From the NCBI RefSeq assembly GCF_009914755.1, contig NC_060939.1: DNA of 64,000 bases; one strand, written 5' to 3'. Origin of the DNA: the human T2T-CHM13v2.0 reference genome, Homo sapiens. Below, in pieces: positions 13,625 through 32,930 of this stretch (its first letter is position 1; each line of letters starts with the position of its first letter). Both the position numbers and the translations under genes were made by a program. The notes under the pieces were generated by a model, which was not told the origin of the DNA, searched no databases, and was given only the letters and a program-made list of their open reading frames with translations.

Positions 13625-14020
13625 TATGGCTGCATAGCAAAATATATCATGAATAGTGGCTTAAAGCAATCAGCAATTCTTTGGATCACAATATTGTGGG
13701 GTACAGGATTAGGTTTGGCTCAGCTGGTGGTTCTTCTGGTCTAGGCTAGAGGCTCACTGAAATGTCTGATGAGACAATGTGGATAAATGGGCATTTGCAT
13801 CTTGTCATCTAGAAGATTAGTCCAGGTATGTTCTCTCAGTAAACGAAGAAGAGTAAGAAAAAGGGTGGATATGTATATAAGATCTTTAAAGGCTTAGACT
13901 CAGAACTGGACATTAGATGAATAGAAGTCACAGTTTAACAGGGCCAATCCAGATTCAAAATATCTCCACCTCTTGACGAGTGTATTCACAGGGACAGGTG
14001 AATATTTGGGGTCATTTTTG
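13625..14020 (-). mobile_element. Old MLT1-type MaLR LTR
   Basis: 'gctgcatagcaaaa...agtggcttaaagcaa', 'gctcagctggtggttcttctgg', 'cagattcaa...ctccacctcttga' are typical MLT1 antisense blocks. Confidence 0.65.
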
Positions 14021-15094
14021 TGCTTAAGGTTACTTATGATTAGATTAAAAATTTACAACAAAAGAAGAAATGGGGGAAGGTATATGTCTATAAAGCAAAA
14101 TGTTGCAAAAAGTTAGCTTGTGTTATTACAGCATTGTAAGATCAGACACATAAGACATACAAGGTACAAAAGGTATGAAAACTGGATTAAGTCCACTAAA
14201 GATAATGGGTGGAAAATCTAATATCTTTTTTCATCTGAGTAAAAATAGTAATGGTGAATATGAGCAATGTTGTCTAAACTTGTAATGAAGGGTTTATGTA
14301 CTTAAACAGTGAAATAATATGATGAGCAAGAGTAAAATATTTGTGCTTAATTAACTGTGAACTCACATTGAAAGTAAATATCATATTAAGAATAGAAAGA
14401 GAAATCACATTTCCGTCATTGCTCAAGTAAAAAACTGTGATCGATAATATCAGAAAAAGATGAGGGGAGAAATATTTCTTTCTCTGTGAGTTATTTTTTT
14501 CCTTCTTCGTCTTTGTTTTCACAGAAGTTCTTTTTTCAAGAAGACAATATAATTTACAAATTGTTATATATTTAAAAAAATACATTTAGGTATCACAAAA
14601 GAATACATTAACGTAATAGACCAAAAAATGACAACATGCAAAATTTAAATTTACAACAAGAAAAATACGAAAATTATTTTTTGCTATGAAATTTTATTTT
14701 TTTGATATTCCTATGCCACCTTTAAGGCAAAATGAAATTCCTCATCTAGAATCCAAATTTATAGGTAAACCCTAAAAATGCAGCAGAAGATAAAAGAAAC
14801 GATGAATTGTTGTTTAGTTGCTTTCTCAATCCTCTGCAAAAATATGCCTCTATGATTGGTTGATTGTTATAAGCCTTTGAGGCTTTGGATTTCTTTTGCA
14901 ATCAACTATAATATTGGATTTTCAAAGGAAATATATGACAAAATATGAAGATTCACTCACTGCAAAGATCATGATAACCACCAAATAAATACATTCTTTA
15001 TTCATAAGGAGTTGGAATAAGAGCATAATGACCTCAGGATAACATGTCAACTGCAGTTGTTGGATCCAAACAAGAGACAAAATGTTAACACTCA

Positions 15095-15451
<357 letters not shown>

Positions 15452-17323
15452 TTATAACTTTTAACAAATAGTGAAGAAGCATATTTCACCAGAATCTAGA
15501 AAATAAGGAATAATAATGTAATATAACACCTAAGACTTTATGTCTCAAAGAATATTTATGCTTATGCTTTTTATTTTTAATTTTATTTTCATACTCCAAG
15601 GGGCAATGGTATTGATTATCTGAGTGGAAATAAACTTTTTAGAAATGAGGTGTACAACACTGACCAACAGTCTTTAGAAAATAATCTTTCATCTTGGAAT
15701 GATTCAATGCTAGAAGTGTTGATAATAAAAGCCTGGTTCGTGCTCATGAGTAAAGCATCCACTGGTGTCTATTCTCACTTTCAAAATCACCCACTAGAGT
15801 TTATGGATGGCAAAGACATAAATGAGAAACTTGCTCTCAGAGGCCTGGTGGATTTGTCATGAAGCTTTTCTATATAAATAAAAGAGACACCGAGAATGGA
15901 AATTACATTATTTTTAGTGCCGTGTTAAAGGAAAGGTCAAGTTAACCCCTTAAGAATTCAACGAGCAACATGATGTACTATGTGTCCAGCAAAGCAATCC
16001 CAGAATGGCCCTTATGGACATCTGGTGTAAATCATCCATCTTTTTTGCCCCATTAAAATCAGTGTCACCTCATTAAAACACTTCAGCAGCTGAGCGCACA
16101 CATTATTTGGTCTTCAAGGAGTTAACGGAAATAGCTGTAGGGATCAGGAAGGTTTCTGTCTTCAAGTGTTCATAGTCACCCAGACAAAGAAGCTAGTGGA
16201 AGCATTTCAGGAAGCTCTACTTTCCCTGTCAAGGTGAGAAAGGTATAGCCATTTTTGAAATGGGATTAAAAAAAAAAAACCTCTCTCTCCTACAGCCCCT
16301 TATATTGCTAGCAATTACATCTTTGGGGGTCTGACAATTCTCTGGTCAGTAACAGTGCTGTCATATGTACCTTAACCCTGATCTGAAAGAATCAGTGGGT
16401 TGCTAAGAGGATATTTCAGCCAAACCAGACGAGTATTTTGAAGTGTTACATTCTGGTGACCCCAATCACTCAGCCTTCAAGACAGGGAAGTTTGGTTCCT
16501 TGAAAGTCAGGACCTGCACACTTTCTTTGACCAAACAGGGTGACTTAGGGGCACAATTGGGTCAAATCATTCAATGCTGCTTTGAACCTGCCTCTCCTTA
16601 TCTTCCCTATCTTCTTCTGTATATTCTTCAATTCTTTTGCTAGGAATCCTTGAAAGCATGTCTACTCTGGCCTTTGAAAGAGAAATATGTCGGGTAACTA
16701 GATCATCTTTTTGAAAAAAACCTTTAAAAATGCCTTTAGTTGAATAGTAACAATAGTAGAAAATAATTCCAGATGAAATACAGGATGTTGCCTGTTTCAT
16801 AGAATCCCATATTCATAAAAGTTCATACATACGTTATATTTTAGCAAGGTAAACCATACTGAACTCAGTTATGAACAATTGGTTGCTACAATATAGAGTA
16901 CTCTATTTTCTTCTTCTCTACTACACTTCCTCTATGGGTTTAGTGTTCTATCTTTAAAAATAGGTAATATAGATAATAAATAAGTAAAAATACATTAAGC
17001 TATTTGTTCAACTAAAATGAACCACCAACTTATTTAATCCTGCAGTTCCATATAAACATGACCATAATTCAAAATTCTTTCAGCTTTAAGAGAAAAAATT
17101 CCTTATGCACACTGCTAGCTGCAAAAGCTCTACTTCATGTCTACACATCTACATATGGAATGTAACTTACAGCTAGCCTTTTGTATCTATCATATTGACA
17201 AATTTCTAATAGTAATAATGATGTTTTCATGAGTATAAGATGTTTTGTGAGTATAGGAACTCTCAGTCACTATACTTCATAGAAGTATAAATTGCTATAT
17301 ATATTCTGGAAGCCACATATATA

Positions 17324-17658
17324 CAGTCAAGCATGACATCCTGACATTTTGGCCAACAATGGACAGTATATATGATAGTGATCCCATAAGATTATAATAC
17401 CATATTTTACTATGTCTTAGATATTTCAGATGTACAAATACTTATCATTGTGATACAACTGCCTAAGTATTCAGTACAGTAAAATGCGGTACAGATTTGT
17501 AGCCCAGGAGCAATAGGCTATAGCATATAGCATAAGAGTATAGTAGGCTACACCATCTAGGTTTGTGTAAGTATTCTCTATAATGTTTGCACAATCATGA
17601 AATTGCCCAATGATGCACTTCTCAGAATGTATCCCCAATGTAAAATGATGCATGATTG
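17324..17658 (+). mobile_element. Tigger3a-like TcMar DNA transposon, inserted in an old L1ME 3' fragment (~17240-18480)
   Basis: cagtca... and ...catgattg termini, TA on both sides (17322-17323, 17659-17660), internal 'gatcccataagattataatac'. Confidence 0.85.
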
Positions 17659-17848
17659 TATATCAATATCTTAAAAACATGCAAACCCATTAATCATCAA
17701 ATTCACTTTTCAGAATTTTTCCTTTGAAAATATGTAAGAATATGTGCCGATCTTTATGTACAAATATGTTCATCACAACATTGCTTATAATAGTGAAAAT
17801 AGTTACAATTTAGTTATTTAATGTAAGATAATTAAATTAGAAATTGTC

Positions 17849-18167
<319 letters not shown>

Positions 18168-18177
18168 CTAAATTACA

Positions 18178-18178
<1 letters not shown>

Positions 18179-18222
<44 letters not shown>
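18179..18222. repeat. (TA)22 microsatellite
   Basis: Pure TA run. Confidence 0.98.
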
Positions 18223-18224
<2 letters not shown>

Positions 18225-19464
18225 CAATTATGAAACCACTAAAAATAACATTATAGTATAACGATATATTAAAAAACGACTATAATTTTAGTAAAAAAGT
18301 TCACAAGGAATGCAATATTGAATAATTCCCATTTTAAAAATATTTCAATGTATACATGAACATACGCACAGAAATAGATGACTGGATATATGTATTCCAA
18401 AATATATGGTGGCTTATTGATATAAAGATTTTAAACAGAATGTATTTTTTTCTCCTGGCTTATTTCTAAATTTTTAATCATCAACAAGTGTATCATTAGT
18501 ATCTTTAAAGTTTCATAAAACCCAATCAAAACTAGCTGATACAAAGAAAATACATTTAGGGGCACACATAACCAAAATGTCAGGTAAGGATCTATTCAGC
18601 CAAGTTTTCATCTTACTAATGAAGTTTTGCACATAGTGAAATAATATGGCAAGCAAGAATAAAACTTCAGTGTGCTTGTTAACTGGCCAGTGCAGACCGA
18701 AAGTGACAGATTGTCCCACTGTCACCTTTCTATGCTCTGCTTTCGCGCTGTTGATCGCTTTATTCAGGCCTTTTCTACTCTGCCAATCTCAAAGCTCTCA
18801 CTTCTTTTTTTAAGTCCGGAGGAGAAAAGAGAATCCATGCCCCAGCATTCCAAGCAAAGGTCTTGAGACATTTAGAAGGTTTACAGGTTTTCAAGTGCCT
18901 GCTCCAAAATCATTCCCTGTTAAAAGATGTAATTCCATGGACCAATTGGCTTAGCTATTCAAGGTGCACCCCCAAGGAGCAGAGTGTAGCATCAATCTCA
19001 TGCAAACCACTTGGCTGAGACCAGGAAAGGGAACAGATTTTTCTCTAAAGGACATTAGGGGGTGCTCTCAGAAAAGATGGAAAGGATCCTGACAGAAAAA
19101 ATATCAACATCCACTATAAGCACATAGGATAACTGTAATATTAGAAAAATAATAAAGTTACTACAATAAAATGTATTTTGTCTCACAATACCATCTGGAT
19201 CTGAAGGATATAAGGTAATTTCCCACTTCGTTCAAGGCAGGCTGTCTCCTGGAGCCTGCTATCATTAAAAGGTGGAGTTGTTACAATTCACCTTTTAATT
19301 TCACTTAATATATCTCTCTACCTTTCATGCTTTAAGCTTTCCCTAAAGCTTTCTGCTAGCATGTGCCCCTCAGCCATGCCCAGCACAGATAATGCCTCAT
19401 GTCTCCAACTTCTCTGTTTATGACACCCTAATTAACAACTCCAGAGATTTTCAATTTACCCCTC

Positions 19465-19840
19465 TGCATTAGTCCATTCTCATGCCGCTATAAAGAACTC
19501 CCGAGACTGGGTAGTTTATAAAGGAAGGAGGTTTAATTGACTCACAGTTCCACAGTGCTGGGGAGGCCTCAGGAAACTTACAATCATGGCAGAAGGGGAA
19601 GCAAACTTGTCCTTCTTCACATCGTTGCAGGAAGGAGGGTAAGTGCCAGCGGGAGAAAGGCCGGAGGCTTATAAAACCATCAGATCTCATGAGAACTCGC
19701 TCACTATCGCGAGAACAGCACGGGAGAAACCATGCCCATGATTCAATTACCTCCCACGGGATCCCTCCCACAAAACGTGGGGATTATGGGGCTTACAATT
19801 CAAGATGAGATTTGAGAGAGAATGCAGCCAAACCATATCA
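19465..19840 (-). mobile_element. THE1-family MaLR solo LTR
   Basis: tgcattag...aaaccatatca termini; 5-bp TSD CCCTC at 19460-19464 and 19841-19845. Confidence 0.93.
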
Positions 19841-19889
19841 CCCTCAAAGGACACATGTATTCAGCTACTCCAACTGATAATGCTGCTAC

Positions 19890-20080
19890 CATTATTTGCT
19901 TATTAAGCACATAATTTTGTCAGGCGAAAATTATATCCAATTCTAACAATGACCAGGTAGGTATTATTATCCTCCTTTATAGTAAAAGGAGAATAAAGAG
20001 GCTCAGAAAGTTTAAATTTTCTATGGTTAATGTTTTAGCAAATGACACAGCCAAGATTCAATCCCAGCTCATTTGGAATC
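19890..20080. mobile_element. MIR fragment
   Basis: 'aggtaggtattattatcc...gaggctcagaaagtttaa...ccaagattcaatcccag' MIR core. Confidence 0.6.
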
Positions 20081-22383
20081 AGCATGCTATCACTCCAATG
20101 ACGCATTGCGCCACTGGGCACAAAGTAAGCCATGTACCCTGACCAAAAGCTCCCAAAGCAATATAGATAATCCTTGTTAGGGTAAGGGATAAGGGGGACT
20201 TCTTCCTAATTTGTATTACCAGTCTGCCAAACTGAAAAATTAAGACATTTAAATATTTTTTAAGAAGTCTTTTCCTTTCAGAATCACTTAAATCTCTGTC
20301 CCTATTACTCTCTTCTAAAGTGTGCCTTTGGGTTTGGCTGTCTCTATAATAATTTGCTGCAAATTCATAATGAATACCTACACAAACCACATCTGGTTTC
20401 TGAGCTGTTAGTGCTCTTGCAGAAAATTTCTTTCTTTTATTTGGGGCGAGAGAAATGGAGTAAATTATGCTTGGTGTTAAAATATGCAGTCCAGGCTCCA
20501 GATATGGAGGAAGGGGTACTGGAATCAGGATAATGATAGCAATACAAGCCAGGTCAATGAGGTTTCCAGCAAAAATTTATAATCAGAAAATAGGTATTTA
20601 TAGAATGATAGAACATTAGAGCCTAAAGTGACCACTATTAGAGATGGACATTGAGACTTAGAAGTTCAGTGCACGATCCATGTTCACAGTTCATAACAAT
20701 GCCCCACTATAATCCAGGTCACCCAAATAATCAAATGACATTTTTCTATTAAACCACAATGCCTACTGTTAAAAGAAAAAAAAAACCCTACATTTTCTTA
20801 GTCATTTAATATTGTTCCTTTCCAGAGAAATATATTAAAAACTAAAATGTTGCACAAAGAGTTTTCAGTAAAAAAGATAAGGAATATGAATTTTACTTCT
20901 CATTCAGTCTTGTTATTACCTATAAAATCATTTAACACTAATAAAAATATCACATTGCTCTAAGATCCCATAATATGACAGTGCCTAATTATTTCTTCTA
21001 GCTAGATTATTTATTTTTTTCCAATTTCAATATATTTTTGAAAACTCAGGTAAGTTAGTGATTTCTTTTAAAAAAAAAACTTACTTCAAGATTTAAACAC
21101 CTTCCTTAAGGAAGCAAAAAGACTATTCAGCCTTTCAAATTGCATCTTCTGTTTCTGGAAGCATCAATAAAGCTCTTATTCAAGACTGGCCCATTGTGAA
21201 GTTGCCTCGTCTCCTACTTTCCAGATAGAGTACATTCTTAGGTCAGATACATAGTTGACCACTGATACGATTTTCCCAGGAAAAAAAAAAACAACTTTAG
21301 AACTACTTTGCTTATTCATTATCGAAAAAAAGGGTTAGGGGTTGGGGAAAGATGCAAGAACTATGTGTCCAAAAGAAAGGCAACATTCGAAACAGAAGTT
21401 TGTAGCTTCCTCTTACCTCGATCTGACAACAAATAAATGTAAATTATGATCCTTGCTGTGCATTTCAGATTAAAGACATATGACACAAAAGTTGGCTTTA
21501 AAACCAAAGGGTCAGAATAGAAAGTGTAACTTTTAAGTAATTCGTCTCTTGGATTGGTATCAGACTACTGTTACACTAGAGGAGACACATGCAGAAAACC
21601 TGTGTTCTCTCCCATAAGGGCTTTGATGTGGATTCTTCTTTTTTTCCTTTTCATAAAAATGTAACTTGAAAGAAAAGAATACTCTACCTCTGAAGAACGA
21701 TCCTGCCCTATTAAGAAGCAGACAAGGCAATAAGTTTAAAACAAAATTTAGGTGGGAAGGGTAGAAACAGCTGTAGGAGTTAACCTAAAAGTTCAGCAAA
21801 CCCTGCCAAGAAATGTGACAGTGCTTAACTTGCCAAGAGTAGATACTCTCCTTAGAGACCTCTCCAAACATTATCAAAAGCATTTCCTTTGAAACAGACC
21901 AGCCTCTGATAATAATACAAGGGAATCAAACTCAGGCATCTCCCCATAATGGGATTCAGATTCCTCACAAACTTGGGAGTGTTGAAGGTTTAATTACCCA
22001 GTAAAACAAGAAAAATGCATTATACAGTAGAGATAAATGAATGGGAACACCAGGGGAACATGCTTCTCCATAAGTCATTTGGTCACATGATTTCTTCCCC
22101 ATTTCCTTTCCTTATTATTACAGCTATTTTATTACATTGCCCCTAAAGACAGAGGGCAAAAAGCAAAATACTCATAGCTTCCTCAAAGTACTTCCCAGAT
22201 TAAATGTAATAGAGCATAAGTTTCTCAAGTGGCTTACAGCTTTATAAAGGTTTCTTTTTAGAGTCTCACAGAGATTAAAAAAAAAAAAAAAAAAAGCTGA
22301 CCACCACCAAGCAGCAAGTATGATAAAACCATGTAGACACCAAGAAATGACAAGAAAAAGAGAAACAGTGGATTGAATATGTT

Positions 22384-22430
22384 TCTCTCTCTCTCTCTCT
22401 CTCTCTCCACACCCCCTCACTCTCTCTCTC
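22384..22430. repeat. Interrupted (CT)n microsatellite
   Basis: Direct reading. Confidence 0.9.
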
Positions 22431-24282
22431 CCCCGCCCCCCACCTTCCCCACTCTCTGTTATCCTTTACTGGGACATTTGTGATTTCACTGTTACTCTTT
22501 CAAAGCTCTTTTAATTATTGAAAAATACTAAAATCAGTTAAATTATAGGGCTCAGTAACAGGGACTAAAATCTAGATTACTCCTTTTCCAAGCCTTACCC
22601 AAGAGTTGATAGATTTTAAAAGAATACCTTCTACTTTTTCACCATGAACCAGTCCTAGTCTCTCCTTCATAGTATCTGCTCCTCTTATACTCTACTTTCC
22701 TGGGCAACTCGAAGACTTACACTTATTGATGGATGTTAAACCAAGCTTCAAAATAAAGATTCAACATTGTGCAATCCAGATATAATAATAATGATGAACT
22801 GCAACATTTTTTATCCGTACTATTGTGGAGCATTGGAATACGTTGCCAAGGAAAATCATAACACAGATTTCAATGGCTATATAATATGCCACCAATAAGT
22901 TTTGGACAGAGATAACTAAAGTAAGAGAAAAGCAAAGTAGGAAAGAAAATCTTATAACACTGTTATATTTATAATTTCCCCCTAAACTATGAAAGAATGA
23001 AATAGAACAATAAATATTACTAAAAGTAAAATGGCATCACAAGTTCCAGAATTGATAACCATATAGAAATATACTCCCACGAAGTTGTTTATGATTTCTT
23101 TAGAGGGGCAATATATACAATAAAAATTGAGGACCAAGATATAAAAAAAGGGAAAATGCTGACTGTTTCTGTTACAAAGTAGAAAAATACTGAAATTTTA
23201 CATGAATACTGATAAGTACATAAAAAATCTTAAAACAAATATAATTTGTAATTTAGAAAACCCTGAGAATGTATTTTAAATAAACATTATAATTCATTTC
23301 TCTAAAGTGGTGGTTCACTCTAAAGAATAAAATTCTTACAGAAAAACTACTTTTCTGTTCCCCATGACTATATATAATTCTTAGAAGTATCCCCAAGTCA
23401 ACATCAAAGAGAAAAACATGATACACAGTTGAATCTAATTTGATATTCCCATAATTATTGTCACGTGAAGAGTCAATAACTGTAAATTGCTCAGCAATGT
23501 AGAAGCTCTGATAACACTTCCAGTAAGATTTGTTTTCTCTTATCTCATCTCTTTTCTGTCTTTCTAACATGGCCTTCAGCAACATCCTGACAGTGCAGAA
23601 TGAAGCCAAAATGCCTCAACAAAATAGTCTTTTTCTCTGGTAGCTGCTAAATCATAGCCATTTGGCTATAATTTTAGAAGTAATGGCAGGCCTAAGTCCT
23701 TTAGGCAAGAAAGTCTAAACTGGGATTTTGCTTGTGCATGTGTAGCACTGAGTTAATTCACAGTGAGAACAGTCAGGAACCCTGAACAAGCTGTCTAATG
23801 TGCCCACTCCATTTCTGGTTGACTACAAGGTGCAGAGATTAGTACTTGTGCTGTGTCAGCAAGAGTGACAGGAGTTTGACCTTTCTCCATAGCAGGAAGG
23901 AGGCTGAGCTCCCACAGCCTTTTCCTGCATGAGCTCTTTGCAGGGCATTGTAACATATCATTACTGTGGCATCACTGCCAAGGGTTGCCATTTTAGAGAA
24001 AACATACAAATGGCCCAATAATGGGTTTCTTCATGCGTCACTGGAAGCCTGTAAAAGGAGCTTTGTTTGTATCCTTATCGTCTGATGTATTGGAACTTGA
24101 GTGCCTTTTTGACCTTTGTATTGTCATTCACATCTTTCCAACACAATACAGCCAGAGTAAGAGTTGAAGAAAAAAATGCTGAAATCAGAGGTAATGGTGT
24201 TGCTTCGTTTGACCAGTCTGAGACCAAATGTGCCTCCTCCTGTTCATTTAGATTCATTCCATTTAGATTGTCTTCCTTCATC

Positions 24283-28106
<3,824 letters not shown>

Positions 28107-29149
28107 AGATTGTCTTCCTTCATCAAAGTATATCAGCTTAGACTTCAGTACAAGGGGGGTTAATGATAACATCTCACCCTCAGAGCCATTTACACAAAGA
28201 GCTGGTAGACAAGGAGACTGTGTTGTTAGCTCATGAATATACTTATACATAAATAATTTGAAAGTAGACTATTTCAACCTATAAGAGACCAGAGTTCTCT
28301 GACATTTTAAAGGATACATGTTAGAGAAAACGGAAGGCCAGTCTAGAAGTGTGGTGGGCATCCATTACCTCTTTTACGGGCAATAGCCTGGATTTAATTT
28401 TTGCCCCGCTAGTCTCCCACTCTCAGTCCAAATGCTTGAGTGAGGCACTACCACTATCTTGGCAGTGGAGTTTGCATCAAAGGCCTGAGCCAATCTGTGG
28501 ATGGCCTTGTCCTGATTACAAAGACAGGAGGAAAAAATCAAAGGCATGCATGCTCATACAAGCATTTACGGATCTAGAGCTTCAACCCAGTTCAGTGATT
28601 TTGGTAGGCTTTTCACATGTTTGACTACTCCTATCAGAAAAAGGGAACTAGATTTATAATTTTAAGTTTCTAAGTATATCTGCTAAAATTAATAGCTTAA
28701 TGTCACAAACCGTCTAATATTAATACATTTTGATCAACAGCACATAGGCTTATATATTCCTAACAATATTGAATAACAATCTAGACTGAGGTGCCTTTAT
28801 AAAACTCAATTGCTAAATAATAGTTCTATGCAACACATTCAGTTTTATTATTCTGGAAGAATCCCAAGCAGAATCCTGGAGAGATACTTTAAAGCCAACT
28901 ATGAACAAACTTTATAATATCTTCAGTAATATGCCTCTTATTTTTCTCTAAAATTAAAGGTTATCCTTTAGCAGATAACCTGCTAAAGATGCTGTTTTTG
29001 TGACTGACCATATCACTTCTTTAATGCTAGGGAGATAGCCAAGGCAAATTTTGCAGTCAAGATCAGAACTGTGAGAAAATGCTATTTATTCATTCTCCTA
29101 TAAATTATGTATCATTTCATTTCAACTGGGCTGAAGTTGCTTTTGTTCT

Positions 29150-29735
29150 AATTTTTTAACCTTTTTATTGTGAAGTACACTGTACATACAAAAAAAAGCT
29201 GTACAATGAAAAGATGTACAACTCAATGATTTTTCATACACCAAACACCTGTGCACTGCATCGAGAATTAATACATTGTCTGTGCTCCACATGTGCACCC
29301 TTGTTTCCTTTCCCAATCACTACCACATCCTTTTTCTCAAAGACAATCAGTGTCCTGAGTTTTACGGTCATTGCTTTTCTTGTATTTTTATACCTAAGCA
29401 TGCATCCCCAAAAACAATAGTTTACTTTTGCTTGTTTTTTTCAAACTTTATATAAACGGAATTACACAGTATATCTTCTTTTGTGCCTGGATTTTTTTTC
29501 ACTTCATATTGCCTTTGTGATATTCATCTATGTTGTTTCATATAGCTCTAGTTTCATATAGTTCTAGTATCTTTATCGACATACATATATATCCATTATT
29601 ATTGAGTGACATTTTGCTTCTAGTTTTTGTCCATTGATAATTAAGTTGCCGGGAACATTCTTATACATGTCTTTTAGAACACTTAGACATGCACTTCCTT
29701 TGGGTATATACCAAAGGGCGGAATTGTTGGGTCTC
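29150..29735 (-). mobile_element. Old L1M (L1ME/MD-like) 3' fragment
   Basis: 'aacattcttatacatgtctttt...tgggtatataccaaagggcggaattgttgggtc' antisense L1 3' motifs. Confidence 0.7.
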
Positions 29736-30340
29736 TAGTAGGTGAAGTGGAAATCTAGGATCTCAGGCCCATGTTCCTTTAAATCCAAAACCAATGCAAT
29801 GCACTAAATTCTATAATTGGCTACATTAAAATAATAGAAATAGAGATTAATAAAGTATACTCTGGTAACATTGTGTTTTTCAGTTGGCTTATCAAGACAA
29901 CTCATTTTAAATAATAAATAATGATACGTAATGTCAGTTACTTTCTTTACTATTATTGAGGGCAAAAGATCTAAGCATTGAGAAAAACCAGGGAAGTGAT
30001 TTTCTTGGTTACTAATGTCAATCATATTAGAGAAATTTCTGAGGTTTTCATCTCTCCTGTTTTTCAGACAGGTAGATGCAGTGACCCAATGAGTGTTCAG
30101 CAATTTACATTTCAAGAGATCAGTACAACCAAAGTCTTATAGTTCTGTGTTTAAAGAAGCTACATCCCATAATCCCGAGGTCTTGGCCATCTGCAGTGAA
30201 CTAGGCCATATTGTTGTGGTTTCCAATTTAGCAGCTACAGAAAGTTTGCTTGCCTCATGAGATAACTAGTTAGTAAAGACAACTACTACACTGAACCCTA
30301 ATCTTCTAGAACTGTCATCTGCAAGACTTTGAATCTATGA

Positions 30341-30667
<327 letters not shown>

Positions 30668-30736
30668 GAATTCACACTGTTACCATTCAATGTATTATCT
30701 GAATGGTTGCTTTATCCCCACAGGAAATCCAGGGTG

Positions 30737-30852
30737 AAGGTTTCCAGATAAAATACAGGACACACAATTAAATTTGAGTTTCAGAGAAACAATGGACATT
30801 TTTTTTTTATGTGAGTATGGAATATTTTCATTTTCTAAGTCTGGCAACCCTA
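30737..30852. mobile_element. MER53-like hAT MITE with internal deletion
   Basis: 'ccagataaaatacagga...ttaaatttgagtttcagagaaacaa' and terminal 'tctggcaacccta'. Confidence 0.75.
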
Positions 30853-31899
30853 CCTAGGCTTAAGCTTTTATAGGCTGATCTGCCCTTACATTCACTATAT
30901 GCTTGTGTCTATCTCTTTGCAAGCAATAGAAAATATGATTTAATAAGTTCTGTTCTTCTCAGTATTATTGATTTAATAGAAACAATAACAAAACTGGCAT
31001 TGAATATTGTCTCCTATAATAACTTTAATATTCATGTTAAAATATCTTCAAAAATGATAACAAGAGTTTACTAATATATAAGCCAGATATCAGCTGGGGG
31101 CCTCTATGACTCTAAGAAATTAATGAACTTTACTCAACCATTCCCATCTCTTCCTTCTCCCAAAGAAATCGGAAATACAAGTTCCTTGCCAAGACTTCAG
31201 CACATTCCTGAGCACTTGATTTTCATGACTCCTTTTTCCCTGGGCTCCTGTTTCCATGTTTACCAACTCAAGTGCTGCCCAACAGGGACCTCAAAATGAT
31301 ACTTAACCTCTCTTCAACTTCTGTGAAAAACTCCATGCACACAGCTTTCACAAGTAGAGTAAATTTAACTTTATGTGAGATGGGCTTCTATAATAGCAAT
31401 GTAAACAATTTAAACAGTTATATTTTGTTTTAAGTAATGATATTCATGTACCCGTGAAACTCCCAAACTCATGGGGTTTTACTGGCCATTCAACTAGTCC
31501 AGGACTCATCTTACCTGATTCAAGATGAAAATGTATTTTTTTCTCCTGTGTCTCACACAAAGCAGTATTCCCCCTCCACTTAAACATTGACCCAATATAA
31601 CCCCTAAGCCCTCAGAGTACTTACCTTTTACCACAAACATGTATTAAAGTAATTTACCAAACAAAGGCAATTTTATTCTAAAGTAAATTTCTATCCTAGC
31701 TGTCAAAATATCAACCTTTTCTCCTTTTCATTATATAAAATTAATATACTTACACTCTTGTACGCTGCTTTTGGAAGAATAGTTTGCTATAATCTCTGGA
31801 AAATAATTTGAAGGTAAACGTAAATGAGAAAGCATACTTCCTATGGCCTAGAATATCTCCTTGTAGAAATGCATTTTAAAAAATAATCATGAACAGTTA

Positions 31900-32290
31900 T
31901 GAAGATTTACTCCATGGATGTTTTTCCAACATTGTTTCTGACTGAAAAATCATAAACAACTTAAGTGTCCGTTAATAGGAGATGACTAAATTAGTCATTT
32001 TCACCCATAAAGTGAAATACTATAAAACTATTAAAATGATTATAGAGTAACATTTAATAATAGGGGAAGATATTTTTGATATACTATTAAATAGACAAAA
32101 GAAGCAGGTTCCAAATACTCATAAAATGTAATACTAATGTTTTTTAGCATCATCTAAAAACACTTATATAAGGTATATGTCAAACTAACATGTCACTTCT
32201 GATGATGAAATAAAACATGATTTACATGTTCTTAGTGTTTTGCAATATTTTCTAAAATTGCTATCATATACATTTCTTCATTTTTTAAAA
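31900..32290 (+). mobile_element. Old L1ME 3' fragment
   Basis: 'aaacaacttaagtgtccgttaataggaga...gaaatactataaaactattaaaa'. Confidence 0.55.
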
Positions 32291-32639
32291 AAAATAATGA
32301 TGATATTATGGCAGAGACACACCGCTTTTTAACAGTAATCAACTCTCAGATGTGTTTCCATTCTCTATTTGTTTTTAACTAGTAACATTACTGTTGTGAT
32401 TCCCTTTCTTTTTCAAAAAATGTCTACTTTTTCTAATGAAGAATGATAGTTTTATGGAAAAAATCTCAAGTTATTGTTAGCAAAACACGTTATTTTTCAT
32501 GATGTGAATTATCACTGTTGAAGGTTGAGTGTTAAGCCATCAACAAAACATATGAGTGGACAGGGACTTCACTTACTGGGAATGCATTATAAAGTATATG
32601 CTTATTTCCTAAATGATAAGATTTTCTTTAAGAATCTTT

Positions 32640-32930
32640 CATTTCCATCTGTCCATAATTTCATTCATTCAACAAAATGTTTTGAGTACCTGCTGTGCAT
32701 CAAGCAAAGTTGTATAATTGACAGGTGTTATGCAGAGAAATAAAGCAGGAAGCAGGGTGAAGACATCTACCGGGAAGAGATCTTGCTATTTTTTACACAG
32801 TGATCAGAAAAAGCCTCTCTCATCAGATGACATTTGATCTGTACACAGTAGGTACAAAGGCAGGAATATGCTTGTAGGTTCAAGGCATTGCAAGGAGTCC
32901 TGTTGATGCAGGATTGGGAAGCGAGAGATG
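32640..32930 (-). mobile_element. L2 3' fragment
   Basis: 'ttcattcattcaacaaaatgttttgagtacctgctgtgc' L2 tail motif. Confidence 0.6.

Noticed and set aside
23253-23609. 118-aa ORF in unique AT-rich DNA
   Set aside because: Non-ATG start, no recognisable family and no exon signals.
24075-24281. 68-aa minus-strand ORF next to the L1 as an interrupted host gene
   Set aside because: No recognisable domain or splice structure; the length is within chance expectation.
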